DNA of 64,000 nucleotides from Octopus vulgaris (Eukaryota): NCBI GenBank assembly GCA_951406725.2, contig OX597815.1, positions 151,962,001 to 152,026,000 of the forward strand, read 5' to 3'. Shown piece by piece: positions 13,638 to 26,049 of this stretch (position 1 is its first letter; each line of letters starts with the position of its first letter). The notes under the pieces were generated by a model. It saw only the letters and a program-made list of their open reading frames with translations, ran no database searches and was not told where the DNA came from. The position numbers and the translations under genes were made by a program.

Positions 13638-14194
13638 GACACATCCATTTCCAAGTAAGTTTTCTTCTCCTTTTTGATGCGACAATCTACTCTGTGATGT
13701 TTTCTTCCTCCATCCTTCTCTAATTCTCTTTTTCTCCCTCTCCCTCCTTCAGTTTTTTGTATCTGTCTCTTTCTCTTTCTCTCTCGTTGCTCACACATAA
13801 CCATTGTCCATCTTTCTTTTCCCCATGTGACCATCTTTCTTTTCCTGCACAGACGTTCAAAAGAGCAGAGGTGTTTTTTCTCCCTCTTCTATCTTTTCCC
13901 CCAGTGTTCACTATTTTCCTCTCATTCCAGTCTAACGACTCTCCATGTTTGTTTTCGTTTGGTTTCCTTGTATGCCTCCTCTAGCACTGGGAAGAGCATC
14001 CAGCAGCGGAAACCATGCCAAATCAGACTGGAGCCTGGCGCAGCTCCCCAGCTTGCCAGCGCTGGTCAAACTGTCCTACCCATGCTAGCATAGACAAGTA
14101 ATGGTGATGATGATATACATATACATTTTTGTATGGGATACAGCCATTAAAGGACGATGACGACGGCGACGACAATGATGATGAGATATAATGT

Positions 14195-14243
<49 letters not shown>

Positions 14244-14794
14244 GGTGGTGGTGGTGGTGATGGTGATGATGATGATGGTGGTGGTGGTAGTGGTGGCGGT
14301 GGTGGTGGCAGTTCGTTTTTGTCTTTGAGACTGTTGACTCAGACATTTGTCTGCCAATATTAAATAAAACATAGAAAGGAAAGAAACAATGAAGAAAGCA
14401 CAGAGAAATAAATAAATTTCTTTTGTTAATAGAGTTTGTCATGTGACATAAAGGTGTGACAACTTCCCTCACCTTCTCACTAACAGCATACACACATACA
14501 CACATACACAGAGGCACACAAAAGCTTGCATTCTTGTATGTATATGTGTGTGTGTATGTGTGTGTGTGTGTGTGTGTGCGTGTTCATAATATATATATTC
14601 ATAATTAGTTTTTGATTTCCTATAATTTCCTCTTCAGATGTACCTTTTATATGTGTGTGCATCTGTATGCATGTGTGCGCACACATGTGTGTGTATGTGT
14701 ATACATATATATACATATACACTCACATATATATATACATATATATATGTATATACATACATATATATATGTATATACATACATACATGCATAT

Positions 14795-14833
<39 letters not shown>

Positions 14834-14945
14834 CACGCACACACACATAGATACATACATACATGCATCTAACCCTAACCCTAATACATACATATATATA
14901 TAACTCTTTCTGATTTACTTGAAAGCCAACCAAATATTCACAACA

Positions 14946-15036
14946 ATGATGGTTTGCTTCAATGCCAACACTTTCCTGTTTATAGTCATCATCTTTACCC
15001 TACAAAAGAAATGTTTTTGCTATTTTGAAGCACTAG
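14946..15036 (+). CDS. Exon 1 (signal peptide) of a secreted single-domain von Willebrand factor type C (SVWC)-like protein
   Basis: ATG at 14946 reads MMVCFNANTFLFIVIIFTLQKKCFCYFEAL with a hydrophobic core. It ends at a strong phase-1 donor G|GTAAGT (15037) that joins exon 2 in frame (G+GT=Gly). Confidence 0.75.
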
Positions 15037-15544
15037 GTAAGTCCAAGATCCTTTCAGCTTTTTTTCAACCAATTTTCTACAGATTTTCTTGAAAGAATAA
15101 ATGGAAGAACACATCTAGTTCTAATATGGTTTCAAATTTTTGCATTAGGACAACAATTTTAATGAGGGGGTAAACTGATTGCATTGGCCATAGCATTCAT
15201 CTGGTGCTTATTCTATCAAACCCTGAAAGAGTGTATAAAAATTAAGAAGGAACACAGCCAGGTATTTTATCCTGCTAAAGATTTCTCCTGCTCATTGCAT
15301 TCAGCTTCAAATTTTGGTATGAGGATAGCAATATTAGGTGTTGAGCCAAGTGATTACATCAATTCCTTCAATAGCCACAGACCAACCAATGCCTTGTGAG
15401 TGAATTTGGCAGGTGGAAACTGTGAGGAGCTTGTTTTGTATGTAAATGTATGTATGTATGTATGTATGTATGTATGTATGTATGTATGTATGTATGTATG
15501 TATGTATGTATGTATGTATGTATGTAGGTATGTATGTATGTATG

Positions 15545-15930
15545 TGGAGGTGCACTAGTCCAGTGGTTAGGGCAGCAGACTTGCAGTCATAGGATCATGG
15601 TTTCAATTCCCAGACCAGGAGGGTGTTGTGAGTGTTTATTGAGCGAAAACACCTAAAGCTTCATGTGGCTCCAGCAGGGGATGGTGGTGAACCCTGCTGT
15701 ATTCTTTCCCCAAAACTTTCTCTCACTCTTTCTTCCTGTTTTCTGTTGTACCTGTATTTCAAAGGGCCGGCTTTGTCACACTCTGTGTCACGCTGAATTT
15801 CCCCAAGAACTACATTAAGGGTACATGTGTCTGTGCAGTGCTCAGCCACTTGCATGTTAATTTCCTGAGCAGGCTGTTCCATTGATTGGATCAACTAGAA
15901 CCCTCGTCTTTGTAACCAACAGAGTGCCAT
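15545..15930 (+). mobile_element. tRNA-derived SINE, family C
   Basis: gtggagg.gca...agtggttag...ggtttcaattcccagacc head. Related copy at 42834-43130. Confidence 0.7.
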
Positions 15931-16144
15931 GTATGTATGTATAAATAACAACAGATGGAAATTGGGTCGTTCACTACAGCTATTTCAACGATCTTTTTGT
16001 TGATGAATAGAGTTATTACATCATGCGAAAAAAAAAACCTTTGTTCAGTGTATATTTGAGAATATACAAAGATTAAACATCTTAAAAAACATTCCAAGAA
16101 TCAACATTATGTATGAGACTTGTGGCATATTCAGCCAGGCTCTT

Positions 16145-16203
<59 letters not shown>

Positions 16204-16215
16204 CACGCACACACA

Positions 16216-18280
16216 CATGTTTTCTTGGATCTACCTCTACCATGGGTTCCCTCCACAGTTAGAAAGCAGTACTTCTTTACACATCTGTCCTCAGTCATGC
16301 ACATCACATGACCATACCAGTGCAGTTGTCTCTCTTGCACACCACATCAGATACCACTTATGCCCAACTGTTCTTTCAAGATGCTTACACTCTGTCATAC
16401 ATGCACACTGACATTGCACATCCGGCAAAGCGTACTGGCCTCATTTCTTTCAAGCCTACGCATGTTGTCAGCTGTCACTGTCCATGTTTCACTGCTGTGT
16501 AGCATGGCTGTTTGTACACAGGCATCATACAATCTGCCTTTCACTCTGGGGAGAGGCCCTTTGTTGCTAGCAGAGGTAGGAGCTCTCTGAACTTTGCCCA
16601 CCCTATTCTTATTCTCACAGCTACACTCTCAGAGCATCCACCTCCATTACTAACTCAGTCACCTAAATAACGAAAGCTATCTATTACCTTTAGCTTGCTC
16701 CACTGGCGGTTGATGGGGTCTATTTTCTGTACATTTTCAGTGTTTATTGTACCTGTGCACCTTCCTCACACAAAAGCCATTTTCCCAGTTAACCTTCCTC
16801 TGATATTGCTGCACCTCTTATGTGTCCATAGCTTGTACCAGGTACATCTTATGGAGTGTCTAACAACACCTTTCCTACAGATAGAGCAGGACTATCTGTC
16901 TGAAGTGATTTGTGATTTATTTGCACTCCTACTTACTAAGGCTTTGGTCTTTGCTAGATTAACACTAAGGCCCTTTAATTCTAAATCTTGCCTCCATGTC
17001 TCAAATTTATAGTTCTGTTAGTGATTCAGCTATAAGAACAAGGTCATCAACATAGAGGTGCTCCCAGGGGCATCCTGTCTTAAATTCCTCTTTTATTGCC
17101 TGGAGGATTTTGATGAACAACAGGGGCCTGAGAACTGATCCTTGGTGAACCCCTACATCTACCCTGAATTCCTCGCTATACTCGTTGCCAACCTTCACTT
17201 TACTGACAGCATCCCTGTACATTACTTGAACAGCTCTCACCAGCCACTTGTCTACCCCTAGTTTTTGCATTGACCACCAGATAAGGGAGTGGGAGACTCT
17301 GTCAAAAGCTTTATCCATGTCGACAAAAGCCAGGTACTGGGGTTCATTTTTGGCTAGAAATTTCACCTACTTTTGCATAACTAGGAATATAGGATCAGTC
17401 ATGCTCCTGCCTGACACAAATCTGAACTGCATCTCATCTCCCTAATTAACTGAGCTGTGACTCTTTCTGTAACTTTCATCACCTGGTCCAGCAGTTTGAT
17501 GCCTCTGTAATTATTCCTGTCTAAGGAGTCACCTTTGACTTTATAGCGGTTGACTGTGATGCTGCTACACCAATCTCTAGGTATGTCTCCCTCATGGACA
17601 ACCTGATTAACTATATGAGTGATTCAGTTATATCTACTCTGCCAGATATTTTAAGCATCTCAGCGGAGATTCCTAATGGGTCAGGGGCTTTCACTGTCTT
17701 CATGTCCTTAATTGCTTTATCTACTAAGCTACTGTCTATTTGGATAGCTGGTCCCTCTGTTGGGTCTACATTTGGTAGACTCTCCTTCTCCCATTCATTC
17801 TCCACTTTCAGTAGTCTTTCATAATGGTATTTCCAAGCTGCTTTCTTTGCAGAATCATTAAATGCAAGTACCCCCATCATCCATTTGGACACATTTCTCT
17901 CCTATGACATCACAATTTTGTCTCACACATTATCTTACAATCCAAAACACTTCAAGTCTTTGGTCTTCACATCACTGAACATAGGCAAACTTCTTTTCTG
18001 CATCTCCCTTGGCTAGATATACCTATCTCATAGTTTTCCTTTAGGCTATCTGATACAGTTCCCTGCTACCCCCGCTTTTCCAATCCTTTCAGGCCTGTTT
18101 CTCCTTAGGTCTGGATGGTACTTTGCACTCAGCAAGCTGTCACACAGGAATTCCCAGTTGCCCTCTATGTTACAAGCCTGTAGTTGCTCAAAGGGTCCTT
18201 AAACTTCCAAATCCTTGTTTTCCAGATTGGTCTGCTTCTTGGCATCCTTGTAGCCTGAGGTCTAAAGTCAGTAATGACTA
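16216..18280 (-). mobile_element. Decayed RTE-clade LINE ORF2 fragment
   Basis: FVDMDKAFDRV, GVHQGSVL, LYVDDLVL, SETWTVT. Confidence 0.9.
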
Positions 18281-18289
18281 GTCATAAAT

Positions 18290-18335
<46 letters not shown>

Positions 18336-18512
18336 GTTTATATATTTGTTTTGCAAGATTTTTGATGTGAAATCGTGTGTTGAAACAGATATTGTTGTAT
18401 TTAGGAATGGTCATTTTGCCAGTTTAGTCAATAAAAACACATGCACTTTATATTTGGTGCTACTTTGCTTCAGCATTATTCATTTTTTACATTAATCTTA
18501 ATCTTATTTCAG

Positions 18513-18552
18513 CCAGAGTTCTTTCGTCACACTCCTGTGACCTCATCATTGG
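18513..18552 (-). ncRNA. Degenerate minimal hammerhead motif
   Basis: Minus strand: CCA-AUGAUGA-G-GUCACA(GGAG)UGUGAC-GAAAG-AA-CUC-UGG. One core change (C3 to A). Confidence 0.5.
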
Positions 18553-18619
18553 TCCTTTGCTTTCTTCTTTCTTATTTGTGTGCCTCTCCTTACTAACAGT
18601 CAGTAATCTATATATTATG

Positions 18620-21230
18620 GTGCAAAATTCCCTCTCGACCCAAAATAACATGGTGGGGGAACAATGTTGTTGACAGGGCTATTAGAGAAAAGGAAAAGAA
18701 ACAGGCTTGGAAGTACTGGAAGAATGATGGTAGCAGGGAATTGTATCAGACTGCCAGAAGAGAAGCTAGAAGGCAGGTTTATTTAGCCAGAGGGGAAGCA
18801 CATAAGAAAAAATTTGCCAATGTTCTGCAGTATGAGGACCAAAGACTTGAGGTATTTCGTGTTGCAAGACAGTGTGTGAGAGAGAATTGTGATGTGGTAG
18901 GAAAAAAATGTGTTCGCATGGATGATGGTTCACTTGCACTAAACGAAGCTGCAAAGAGAGGGGTTTGGAGATGCCACTATGAAATGTTGCTCAATAAAGA
19001 AAATGAATGGGAGAAAGAGAGTCTACCAAATGTCGACCCAACAGAGGGACCAGCTATCTGAGTTGACAGTACCTTGGTAGATAAAGCAATAAAGAATATG
19101 AAGACAGGGAAAGCCCCTGGCCCATCAGGAATCACTGCAGAGATGCTCAAAATATCTATAGCCTAGTCATTCGTATAGTTAACTAGGTGATACACGAACG
19201 AGTCATACCCATTGACTGGGGTAGTAACACCATAGTCAACTGCTACAAAGGTAAATGTGACGCTTTAGATACAAATAATTACAGAGGTATCAAGTTGTTA
19301 GATCAAGTAATGAATGTTATGGAGAGGGTCATCATGCCAGGGAAAAGCACCACTGATGTTATATTTCTGGTAAGACAGCTGCAGGAGAAATACCTAGCCA
19401 AATATAAACCTCTGTACCTGGATTTTGTTGACATGGAGAAAGCCTTTAACAAGGTCCCCAGATCCATTATCTGATGGTCAATGAGGAAACTAGGGATAGA
19501 AGAATGGTTAGTGAGAGCTGTGCAAGCCATGTACAGGGACGCTGTCAGTAAGATGAGGGTTAGCAATGAGTACAGTGAAGAATTCCGAGTGGAGGTAGGG
19601 GTCCACCAAGGTTCAGTCCTTACCCACCTCCTATTTATCATAGTCCTCCAGGCATTAACAGAGGAATTCAAGACAGGATGCCCCTGGGAGCTCCTCTATG
19701 CTGACGACCTTGCTCTAATTGCTGAGTCCCTATCAGAACTCGAGAAGTTTCAGGTGTGGAAACAAGGATTAGAATCGAAGGGCCTTAGAGTCAACCTAGC
19801 TAAAACCAAAGTCCTAATAAGTAGAAAAGCAGGCAAACCACAAATCCCTTCAGGTAGATGGCCCTGCCCGATCTATAGAAAAGGCATAGGTAGAAACTCT
19901 ATAAGATGTACCTAGTGTAAGCTATGGACACATAAGAGGTGCAGCAATATCAAAAGAAGGCTACCTGGGAGGATAGTTTTTGTATGTGGCAGATGCTCGG
20001 GTGCAATAAATAACACTGAAAATGTGCAGAGACCAACTTCCGTCACATTCCAGGGAGAAAAACTAGAAGTAGTTGATAGCTTCCATTACCTATGTGACCA
20101 AGTCAGTAGCAGGGGAGGGTGCGCTGAAAGTGTAGCTGCTAGAATAAGAATAGCCTGGGCTCTGACCTCTACTGTTCAGAGTTCAGAGAGCTCTTACCTC
20201 TGCTAGTAACAAAGGGCCTCTCGCTCAGAGTAAAAGGTAGACTGTATGACGCATGTGTATGAACAGCCATGATACATAGGCCGTGACTGCTGAGGACATG
20301 TGTAAGCTCACAAGGAATGAAGCCAGTATGATCCGATGGATGTGTAATGTCAGTGTGCATACTCAACAGAGTATAAGTTGGACCTAAGAAGCATCAGATG
20401 TGGTGTGCAAGAGAGACAACTATGCTGGTATCGTCATGTAGTGAGAATGGATGAGGATAGCTGTGTGAAAAAGTGCCACACCCTTATGGTTGAGGGAACC
20501 TGTGGAAGAGGTAGACCCAGGAAGACCTGGGATGAAATGTTAAACCACAACCTTCAAATATTAGGCCTCACCGAGGCAATGATTAGTGACCGAGACTTTT
20601 GGAAATATGCTGTGCTTGAGAAGACCCAGCAAGCCAAGTGAGACCATTACCTCGTGGCCTATGCCAGTGGTGTAACCAGCCCACTTACGCGTACCTTTCC
20701 TTCATTGGACACTAAGCTCTGCTTGCAAAACCTGTTGAGGCAAGTGAAATAAAATCGAATTTAATGACTGGCATCCGTGCTAGTGGTGCACTAAGAGCAC
20801 CATCCGAACATGATCGTTGCCAGAGCAGCTAACTGGCTTCTGTGCCGGTGGCACATAAGAGGCACCATTTGAGTGTGATCATTACCAGCGTTGCCTTACT
20901 GGCACTTGTGCGAGTAGCATGTGAAAAAAATATTCGAGTGAGGTCGTTGCCAGTGCTGCTGGACTGGCTTCTATGCAGGTGGCATGTAACAAACACCATT
21001 TGAGTGTGGCTGCTGCTGGTACCGCTTGACTGGTCCTTGTACTGGTGGCATGTTAAAGCACCCACTACATTCTCGGAGTGGTTGGTGTTAGGAAGGGCAT
21101 CAAGCTGTAGAAACTCTGCCAGATCAAGATTGGAGCCTGGTGCAGCCATGTAGTTCGCCAGTTCTCACTCAAATCGTCCAACCCATGCTAGCATGGAAAG
21201 CAGACATTAAACGACGATGATGATGATGAT
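18620..21230 (+). mobile_element. Decayed RTE-clade LINE ORF2 fragment with 3' UTR
   Basis: NYRGIKLL, FVDMEKAF, GVHQGSVL, LLYADDLAL, GRGRPRKTW. Ends in (GAT)n. Confidence 0.92.
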
Positions 21231-21246
21231 ATATATATATATATAT

Positions 21247-22128
21247 ACAGGGTGCAGTGAATAAACTGTCATCTAAATAACTGAAAAGTGAAAATAACAT
21301 TGATGTCTCATTTTATCAGATATATTTACCAAAATTACATAAAAATATCTTGAACTACGAAAGAATAAATTCATTCAATAAAATCGCCATTGGCTTCAGC
21401 CATGGCCACCAGATGATTTCAGAATCTCCTGCAACATCTGGATGGTCTCTTTTTTAAGTTGGTCAATGCTGCAATAATCCCTGCCTTCAGTTCATCTTTG
21501 GTGTTACCAACAGTTTTGTAGGTCTCTTGCTCAACTGCACCCCACATAAAATTTTTCAAGGGAGTTCCAGTCTGGGGAGTTAAATGGCCAGGTATTAAGA
21601 GTGATGTGGTCACAGAAATTGACTGGGTTCTCCTGCTTGTGTGGCAAGTCCTATTGTCAGACATAAGGTCTTCTAATAACCACCCTCTTAACCCAGGGAA
21701 GTACTACCTCCTCCAGGCACTTGATGTAGGTCTCCGTATTGAGTCTGAAGCCATGTTGAGTGTGAAGCCTTGTGTGAAGATGAATGGAGGCATAACATTG
21801 TCATCACTAGTGATCACTCCAAACACGATGATGTTGACTGGATGTTTGATTTTTATCACTCTTGGTACACATCCTCAGATTGCACTGTCCTCAAACTGAC
21901 ACCCAAACACTCGGAAATGTTCACATTGGAGCTTCCAGCACCAATTCCAAGCAGAACGGCATGTTGTTTCCAAATTTCTGGCAGAGTGAATTGCATCATG
22001 GTGCTGTTTTTCTCACAGACGATGCCCAACTGACCCTACTATACTGTGTAGGGGGCAAAATGAAAAACAGTGTATATGCATAAAATAATAATTATAAAAT
22101 GGCAACAATTTACCAAGTGCACCCTTTA
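21247..22128 (-). mobile_element. Internally deleted Tc1/mariner-superfamily transposon
   Basis: Imperfect TIRs (cagggtgca..taaa.tgt / acaatttaccaagtgcaccct) flanked by TA. Minus-strand remnant WPFNSPD...KDELKA.I...NGDFIE. Confidence 0.75.
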
Positions 22129-22728
22129 TATATGTGTGCGTGTGTGTGTCCGTATGTAAGTATAAATATGTATATGTATATACATTCACAATCGAAGTCG
22201 ATAAATTAAGTACCAGTTGAATACCGGGGTTGATATAATCGACTTAACCCCTCCCCAAAAATTTCAGACCTTGTATCTATAGTAGAAAGGATATATATAT
22301 TCACAACACATTGGTTGATCCAGGGCTATTGTAAAAGGCACTTACCCAAGGTACCATGCAATGGGATTGAACCTGGAACCACATGATTACAATGGTGCCA
22401 TACCTGCACCAACCACAAGGTATTTTGCTACCCTTATACTATGAGGTTAGTGTATAATTAAAAACATTTTTAAATGATGGTCTGACCGTCTGCCAAGCAA
22501 ATGGGAAGCAGTGATTGAAGTAGATGGTGAATATGCTCCAGAATAATCATTTAAAGATGTCACTAAGCACAGGCATGGATGTGAGGTAAGAAGCTTGCTT
22601 TCCAACTGCATGGTTCTGGGTTCAGTCCCACGGCATGGCACCTTGGGCAAGTGTCTTCTACTATAGCCTCGAGCCAACCAAAGCTTTGTGAGTGGATTTG
22701 GTAGATGAAAACTGAAAGAAGCCAGTTA

Positions 22729-22764
<36 letters not shown>

Positions 22765-22765
<1 letters not shown>

Positions 22766-23872
22766 TTGACAGAGCGTTAGCACCTTGAGAGAAATGTTGT
22801 ACCTAAGAAGCATCAGTTGTGGTGTGCAAGAGAGACGATTGCGCTGGTATGGTCATGTGGCGAGAATGGATGAAGATAGGTGTGTGAGAAAGTGCCAATC
22901 CCTAGCAGTTGAGGGAACCCGTGGAAGAGGTAGACCCAGGAAAACCTGGGACGAGGTGGTGAAGCACGACCTTCGAACTTTAGGCCTCACTGAGGAAATG
23001 ACCAGAGACCGAGACCTTTGGAAATATTCTGTACGTGAGAAGACCAGGCAGGACAAGTGAGCCCAGCCCACTTATGAATGCCTTTCCTCCCTTGGACACA
23101 AAGACCGGTTGAGGCAAGCGAAGTCGATATAGAACCTCATCCGACGACAGACACCCATGCCAACCCCCCATGCTTGCGAAGACATGTTGGGGCAAGCGAA
23201 ATCGAAATCGAAACCGAATTGAACCAGCCAGGATCCCTGGCCTGGTGGTACGTAAAAAGCACTATCCGACTCGTGGCCGTAGCACGTAAAATACTCCAAT
23301 GCGACCGTACGACAGACACCCATGCCAACCCCCTTTGCTTGTGAAGACATGTTGGGGCAAGCGAAATCGAAATCGAATTGAACCAGCCAGGATCCCTGGT
23401 CTGATGGTACGTAAAAAGCACTATCCGACTCGTGGCCGTGGCACGTAAAATACTCCAATGCGACCGTACGACAGGCACCCTTGCCAACCCCTTTGCTTGT
23501 GAAGACATGTTGGGGCAAGCGAAATCGAAATCGAATTGAACCAGCCAGGATCCCTGGTCTGGTGGTACGTAAAAAGCACTATCCGACTCGTGGCCGATGC
23601 CAGCACCGCCTCGACTGGCTTCCCGTGCCGGTGGCACATAAAATACACCAATCTGACCGTGGCCGTTGCCAGCCCCGCCTGGCACCTGTGCAGGTGGCAC
23701 GTAAAAAGCACCCACCACACTCACGGAGTGGTTGGCGTTAGGAAGGGCATCCAGCTGTAGAAACATTGCCAAATTAGACTGGAGCCTGGTGCAGCCTTCT
23801 GGCTTCCCAGAACCCCGGTCGAACGTCCAACCCATGCTAGCATGGAGAACGGACGTTAAACGACGATGATGA
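22765..23872 (+). mobile_element. Young 5'-truncated RTE LINE with triplicated ~160-bp 3' UTR unit
   Basis: ORF 22785-23060 with RLRWYGHVARMD. CpG-rich. Repeat units start near 23145, 23310 and 23469. Confidence 0.88.
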
Positions 23873-24136
23873 TATATATATATATATATATATATACATA
23901 CATATATATATATATGTATGTATGTATGTAAGGGGAAATTAAGCAAAAATGCACATTGGAAATCAAAAAAGTAAAGGCTTTTTATGAAAAGTAACGATAG
24001 ATATATACAATTAGATGAACTGAGGTAGGAATAAAAGTAATAAAAGTCATTATTGTGAATTGCTAAAGAGATTTAAAAGCATACCGATTTCGTAAATTAC
24101 TAATCATTGCTTTTTTTCTTTTTGTAACATATTTCT

Positions 24137-24174
<38 letters not shown>

Positions 24175-24522
24175 CGTGTATGTGTATATGTGTGTATATG
24201 TGTGTATATGTGTGTATATGTTTCTGTGTCTGTGTTTGTCCCCCCACCATCACTTGATGACAGATGTTGATGTGCTTACATCCCTGCAACTTAGTGGTTT
24301 GACAAAAGAGACCGATAGAATAAGTACTAGGTTTACAAAGAATATGTCCTTGGATTGATTTGTTCAACTAAAGGCAGTGCTCCAGCATGGCTGCAGCCAA
24401 ATGACTGAAACAATTAAAAGAATAAAAGCATCAAAGCATATCACCTGTCACGCTAACAATTCTTCTAGCTCACTGCCTCTTTTGCAAAATCCAATATTAA
24501 CTTTAATTTCTCATTGTGCCAG

Positions 24523-24630
24523 GTTGTCCTCCAACTGTGTCTAAGGATCAATTTTGGCAAGACACAAACTGTCATTACTGCTTATGTATCTTCAACAAAA
24601 ATGTGAATAAAACCACACGTTTTTGCCAGA
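24523..24630 (+). CDS. Exon 2 of SVWC-like protein
   Basis: Pyrimidine-rich acceptor ...tgccAG|. Reads (G)CPPTVSKDQFWQDTNCHYCLCIFNKNVNKTTRFCQ with a W-x4-C-x2-C-x-C VWC-type pattern. Donor GTAAGA at 24631. The other two frames have stops. Confidence 0.8.
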
Positions 24631-24661
24631 GTAAGAATACTTTTTGTTTAATGTCCACTCT

Positions 24662-24890
24662 TTAACCTTTTCATTACTGTATTTATTTTAAGATGGTTTG
24701 TGCCTCTTCCAGTTACTTTAAATATAACAAAGAATTTAGTAAAATAACTCAGTTATCATTCAACTAGTGTTAGGAACATAAATTGTGACTAAGGTTTGGT
24801 GGAAGATTTTAATTCTAAACTTATGAAAACAAGACATTTGAACTACAGAGCCAGAGCCGGTTTCACCTGGGTTGGTAACAAAAGGGTTAA
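24662..24890. mobile_element. piggyBac-like MITE in intron 2 of the SVWC-like gene
   Basis: TTAA at both ends. Termini TTAAccttttcattac / gtaacaaaagggTTAA. Confidence 0.7.
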
Positions 24891-25115
24891 TTATAATCTG
24901 TTCATTTACCTATTTACCTGCTGGTAAATGTATCCATGTCTCTCTGTTTATCTACCTATCCCTGTGACATTTTACTCGTCTCTTTCTCAATGTATGCCTG
25001 TCCATTGCTTTGTTTACCTCTGTACCAGTTTACATTTAGTCTCACCACTACGACCTTTTATTTATGTGTCTTTTCTTTCTGTTTCTTCTACTTTCTTCAT
25101 TTTGTTGTTTGACAG

Positions 25116-25272
25116 CTGTGGTGACCTGAAAGTAAAGAAGATACGCAATTGTTATCCGGCCAGAGTAGAGCCAAATGCTGCTTATCCACGTTGCTGTAAA
25201 TACAAATATATTTGCAGGGGAGATCCGGAGTTTGACGCAAGGAAACTTATCTCGAATAAAATTGCTTTCTAA
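25116..25272 (+). CDS. Exon 3 (terminal) of SVWC-like protein
   Basis: Acceptor tttgttgtttgacAG|. Reads CGDLKVKKIRNCYPARVEPNAAYPRCCKYKYICRGDPEFDARKLISNKIAF*, containing the YPxCC-x5-C motif typical of SVWC proteins. Junction with exon 2 is off by 1 nt as assembled. Confidence 0.8.
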
Positions 25273-25299
25273 AACTTTTTAATCAGTCACCATTTATTT

Positions 25300-25760
25300 T
25301 AGGAGAGAGGGGGATGAGAGGGATGGGGGGAGAGGGGTAGGGGGAGGGACAGGGGAGAGTGAGGGGGAGCGATAGACAGACAAAGACAGAGAGAAGAAGG
25401 AGAGAAGGAGAGAGTGAGGGAGACAGACGGGAGAGAGAAGGAGATAGACAAAGACAGAGAGGAGTGAGAGAGGGCGAGGAAGAAGAGAAGTGAGGAAGAG
25501 AGAGGTGAGGAAGAGAGAGAGGTAAGGAAGGAAGAGAGTGAGGAAGAGAAGGGGAGTGGGGAAGAGAGGGAGAGAGAGAGGTGATGAAGGGAGAGAAAGA
25601 TGAAGAAGAGAGAGAGAGCGTGAAGAAGAGAGAGAGGTGAGAAAGGAAGACAGTGAGGAAGAGAGGGGTGGGGAAGAGGGGGAGAGAGAGAGTGAGGAAG
25701 AGAGAGAGAGGTGAGGAAGTGAGAGAAAGGTGATGAAGAGAGGGAGAAAGGGAATGTGAG
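25300..25760. repeat. Purine-rich (GA) low-complexity tract
   Basis: Almost only G/A on the + strand, starting ~30 bp after the SVWC-like stop codon. A similar tract is at 29570-30350. Confidence 0.9.
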
Positions 25761-26006
25761 AGAGTTTGTTTGGAAGTATATCTCTTTCCTGATTTTACTT
25801 CCTGTAATGAATTCTGTCACAATGTTTCAGGGAATAACAATCTTCAAGGAGGAATTCTTTCTTCTCTCCAAACAAACAATAATGTTGATTACATCATTAT
25901 TATTTTCACTCCTGTCAAGCACCCTTATGAAAACAAAATAAATATTTATTAATATTATTTAGTTGTCTTGTGATTATTATTATCATTATTATTATTATTC
26001 TTATTA

Positions 26007-26047
<41 letters not shown>

Positions 26048-26049
26048 TA

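Noticed and set aside
14869-14884. Telomere-like (TAACCC)n upstream of the SVWC-like start codon
   Set aside because: Under three units, too short to interpret.
24928-25115. N-terminal part of ORF 24928-25272 as a signal peptide
   Set aside because: It is intronic pyrimidine-rich sequence upstream of a clear acceptor. The Cys pattern is completed by exon 24523-24630 instead.
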